From: Salpingoeca rosetta
Lineage: Eukaryota > Protista > Choanoflagellata
Assembly (NCBI GenBank): GCA_033442325.1
Contig: JAWQFM010000016.1
Span: 475,666 to 527,520 of the forward strand
Direction of reading: 5' to 3'
Length of the DNA: 51,855 nt
The notes beneath the pieces are model-generated. The model saw only the letters and a program-made list of their open reading frames with translations. It did no database searches and was not told the DNA's origin. The position numbers were made by a program, and so were the translations under genes. Of the stretch, positions 50,381-51,855 are shown piece after piece. How positions within the stretch are numbered: position 1 is the first letter of the stretch; every line of letters starts with the position of its first letter.

Positions 50381-51304
50381 GCTGGAGACTTGGCGCAGCC
50401 TCGCGCCAGCACAATCCCCACCACCACACAGCGACAGAACAAGGGAGGATCGAGCCTGAGCCTGTTGTTGCCCTCAGCCAGTCTTCAGAGTGCACGACAC
50501 ACAAAAAAAAACACACAAGAAGCAAGCACACCACAACAACAACAAGACGGGCACTCCTTTGTGCATCGAATCAAATTTTTGTTGGCCCACGAACAGCCGC
50601 CAAAAGAAGAGAAAAGGGACAGACAAGCACGAGAGCAGCAGCAGCAGCATAAGAGAAAGAGAGACAAGCAGACAGAGACGACAGGGGAAGAGACAAGAGG
50701 CAGCGTGAAGGGCACGATCAGGTGCAGTCGGCGAGGGTGACAGTCGGCAAATCCAGAGTCCAAGTAGAAACGAAGAAACGAGGAACCAATGTGCATGCGT
50801 GGTGTGTCTGTGAGTAAGTGTGGGTGCAAGCATGTGCATGTGCATGTGCATGTGTGTGTGTGTGTGTGTGTGTGATCATTTGAGTGAGAGGAGTTGGTGT
50901 TGTTGCAAGGTAGCAAGGTGCTTACCTTCCTCGCCGAGGCGAGGATGGCTCGTTGGTTGGGACGCCAAAAATGGCACCATACCAACTCACCAAAACAAAA
51001 AAAGGAGGGGAAAAAAGTGAGTGTCAGCCGTCCACTTCCGGGACTGACTGGTACCTAAGAGAGAGAAAAAAGTGTGAGGGTGTGGGGGGCTTAGTACATG
51101 TGCATGTGACCGAATGTACATGTGTGTGGTGGGGGTTGTGTGCGTGTGTCTTACCTTAATCAGTGCTGACAGCACTTTTGGGAGGCCCGCGATGTGTTGC
51201 CACCACCACCACAGCGGTGGTGGTGGTGTGTGTGTATGTGTGTGTGTCTGGGGTGGTGTTGGTGTTGGTGGTGAGGGAGAAATGACAACGGCCTCTTTTC
51301 TCCG

Positions 51305-51372
<68 letters not shown>
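51305..51372 (+). repeat. (CAA)n trinucleotide microsatellite
   Basis: About 22 CAA units upstream of the GAS2-like gene. Confidence 0.95.
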
Positions 51373-51374
<2 letters not shown>

Positions 51375-51855
51375 ACAAACAAACAAAACACACACACACA
51401 CTGGCTGGCTGCTGGGGTTTTCTCAGCAAAGTTTCTTCCCCCATTTAACCAATCACCTGCGACAAGACAGAAGACACGCCCATCTGTCGAAAGTTTGCCA
51501 ATTACAAAGCGGCAAGCGGGAGCGGCATTGACAGATTATCGTCAACGCGCCATTCACAGCCACGCCCCCTTTACCAACATTTTACCACCTGTCTTTCGGT
51601 TGGAGGTACGCCACTGCCTTTGCACAAAAGCCAAAGCTCGAGCTGTCGAGCTTTGTCAGGTATTGTTGTGGTGTCCCATTCTAGCATTCTGAGCTTTCTG
51701 TGCATTGTGTGTCAAATCATGTCATTTTTCACATCAACACGTTGCCTTTCATCTTTACTCAAGGACCTAAGGACACAAGGCACATGCAGAACCACAGTGC
51801 AGCAGCAGTAGCGGTAAGTTTAACACACGCCTACACAACAACACAGGCAACCAGG

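Noticed and set aside
51114-51692. 192-aa polyQ ORF
   Set aside because: Built from GT, GGT and CAA microsatellites with no domain signal or supported exon chain, although a gene starting near the window end cannot be excluded.

Overview
Intron-rich eukaryotic genomic DNA with GC-rich exons and introns dominated by (CA)n/(GT)n/(GAGT)n microsatellites. Style and gene content suggest a choanoflagellate such as Salpingoeca rosetta (inference, not verified). Most ORFs in the track are microsatellite or antisense artefacts, so genes were rebuilt by hand by joining GT-AG exons in phase. From left to right: a partial duplicate of a Fta4/Nkp1-like gene, a 790-nt N gap, a possible divergent PCI (CSN7/eIF3m-like) gene (-), the full Fta4/Nkp1-like gene (+), pyrroline-5-carboxylate reductase (-), a synaptophysin-like MARVEL protein (+), the serine palmitoyltransferase small subunit (-), a signal-peptide RNI-like LRR protein (+) ending in a 26-bp minisatellite, ribokinase (-), a ~37-exon ~5,000-aa protein resembling MYCBP2/Highwire but lacking the RING/tandem-cysteine end (+), and a GAS2-family CH+GAR protein with large discoidin-like, helical and tau-like inserts (-). 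Several introns carry complementary 5'-(GT)n ... (CA)n-3' arms. No rRNA, tRNA, CRISPR or transposon was recognised. All homology calls come from remembered motifs, not from searches.
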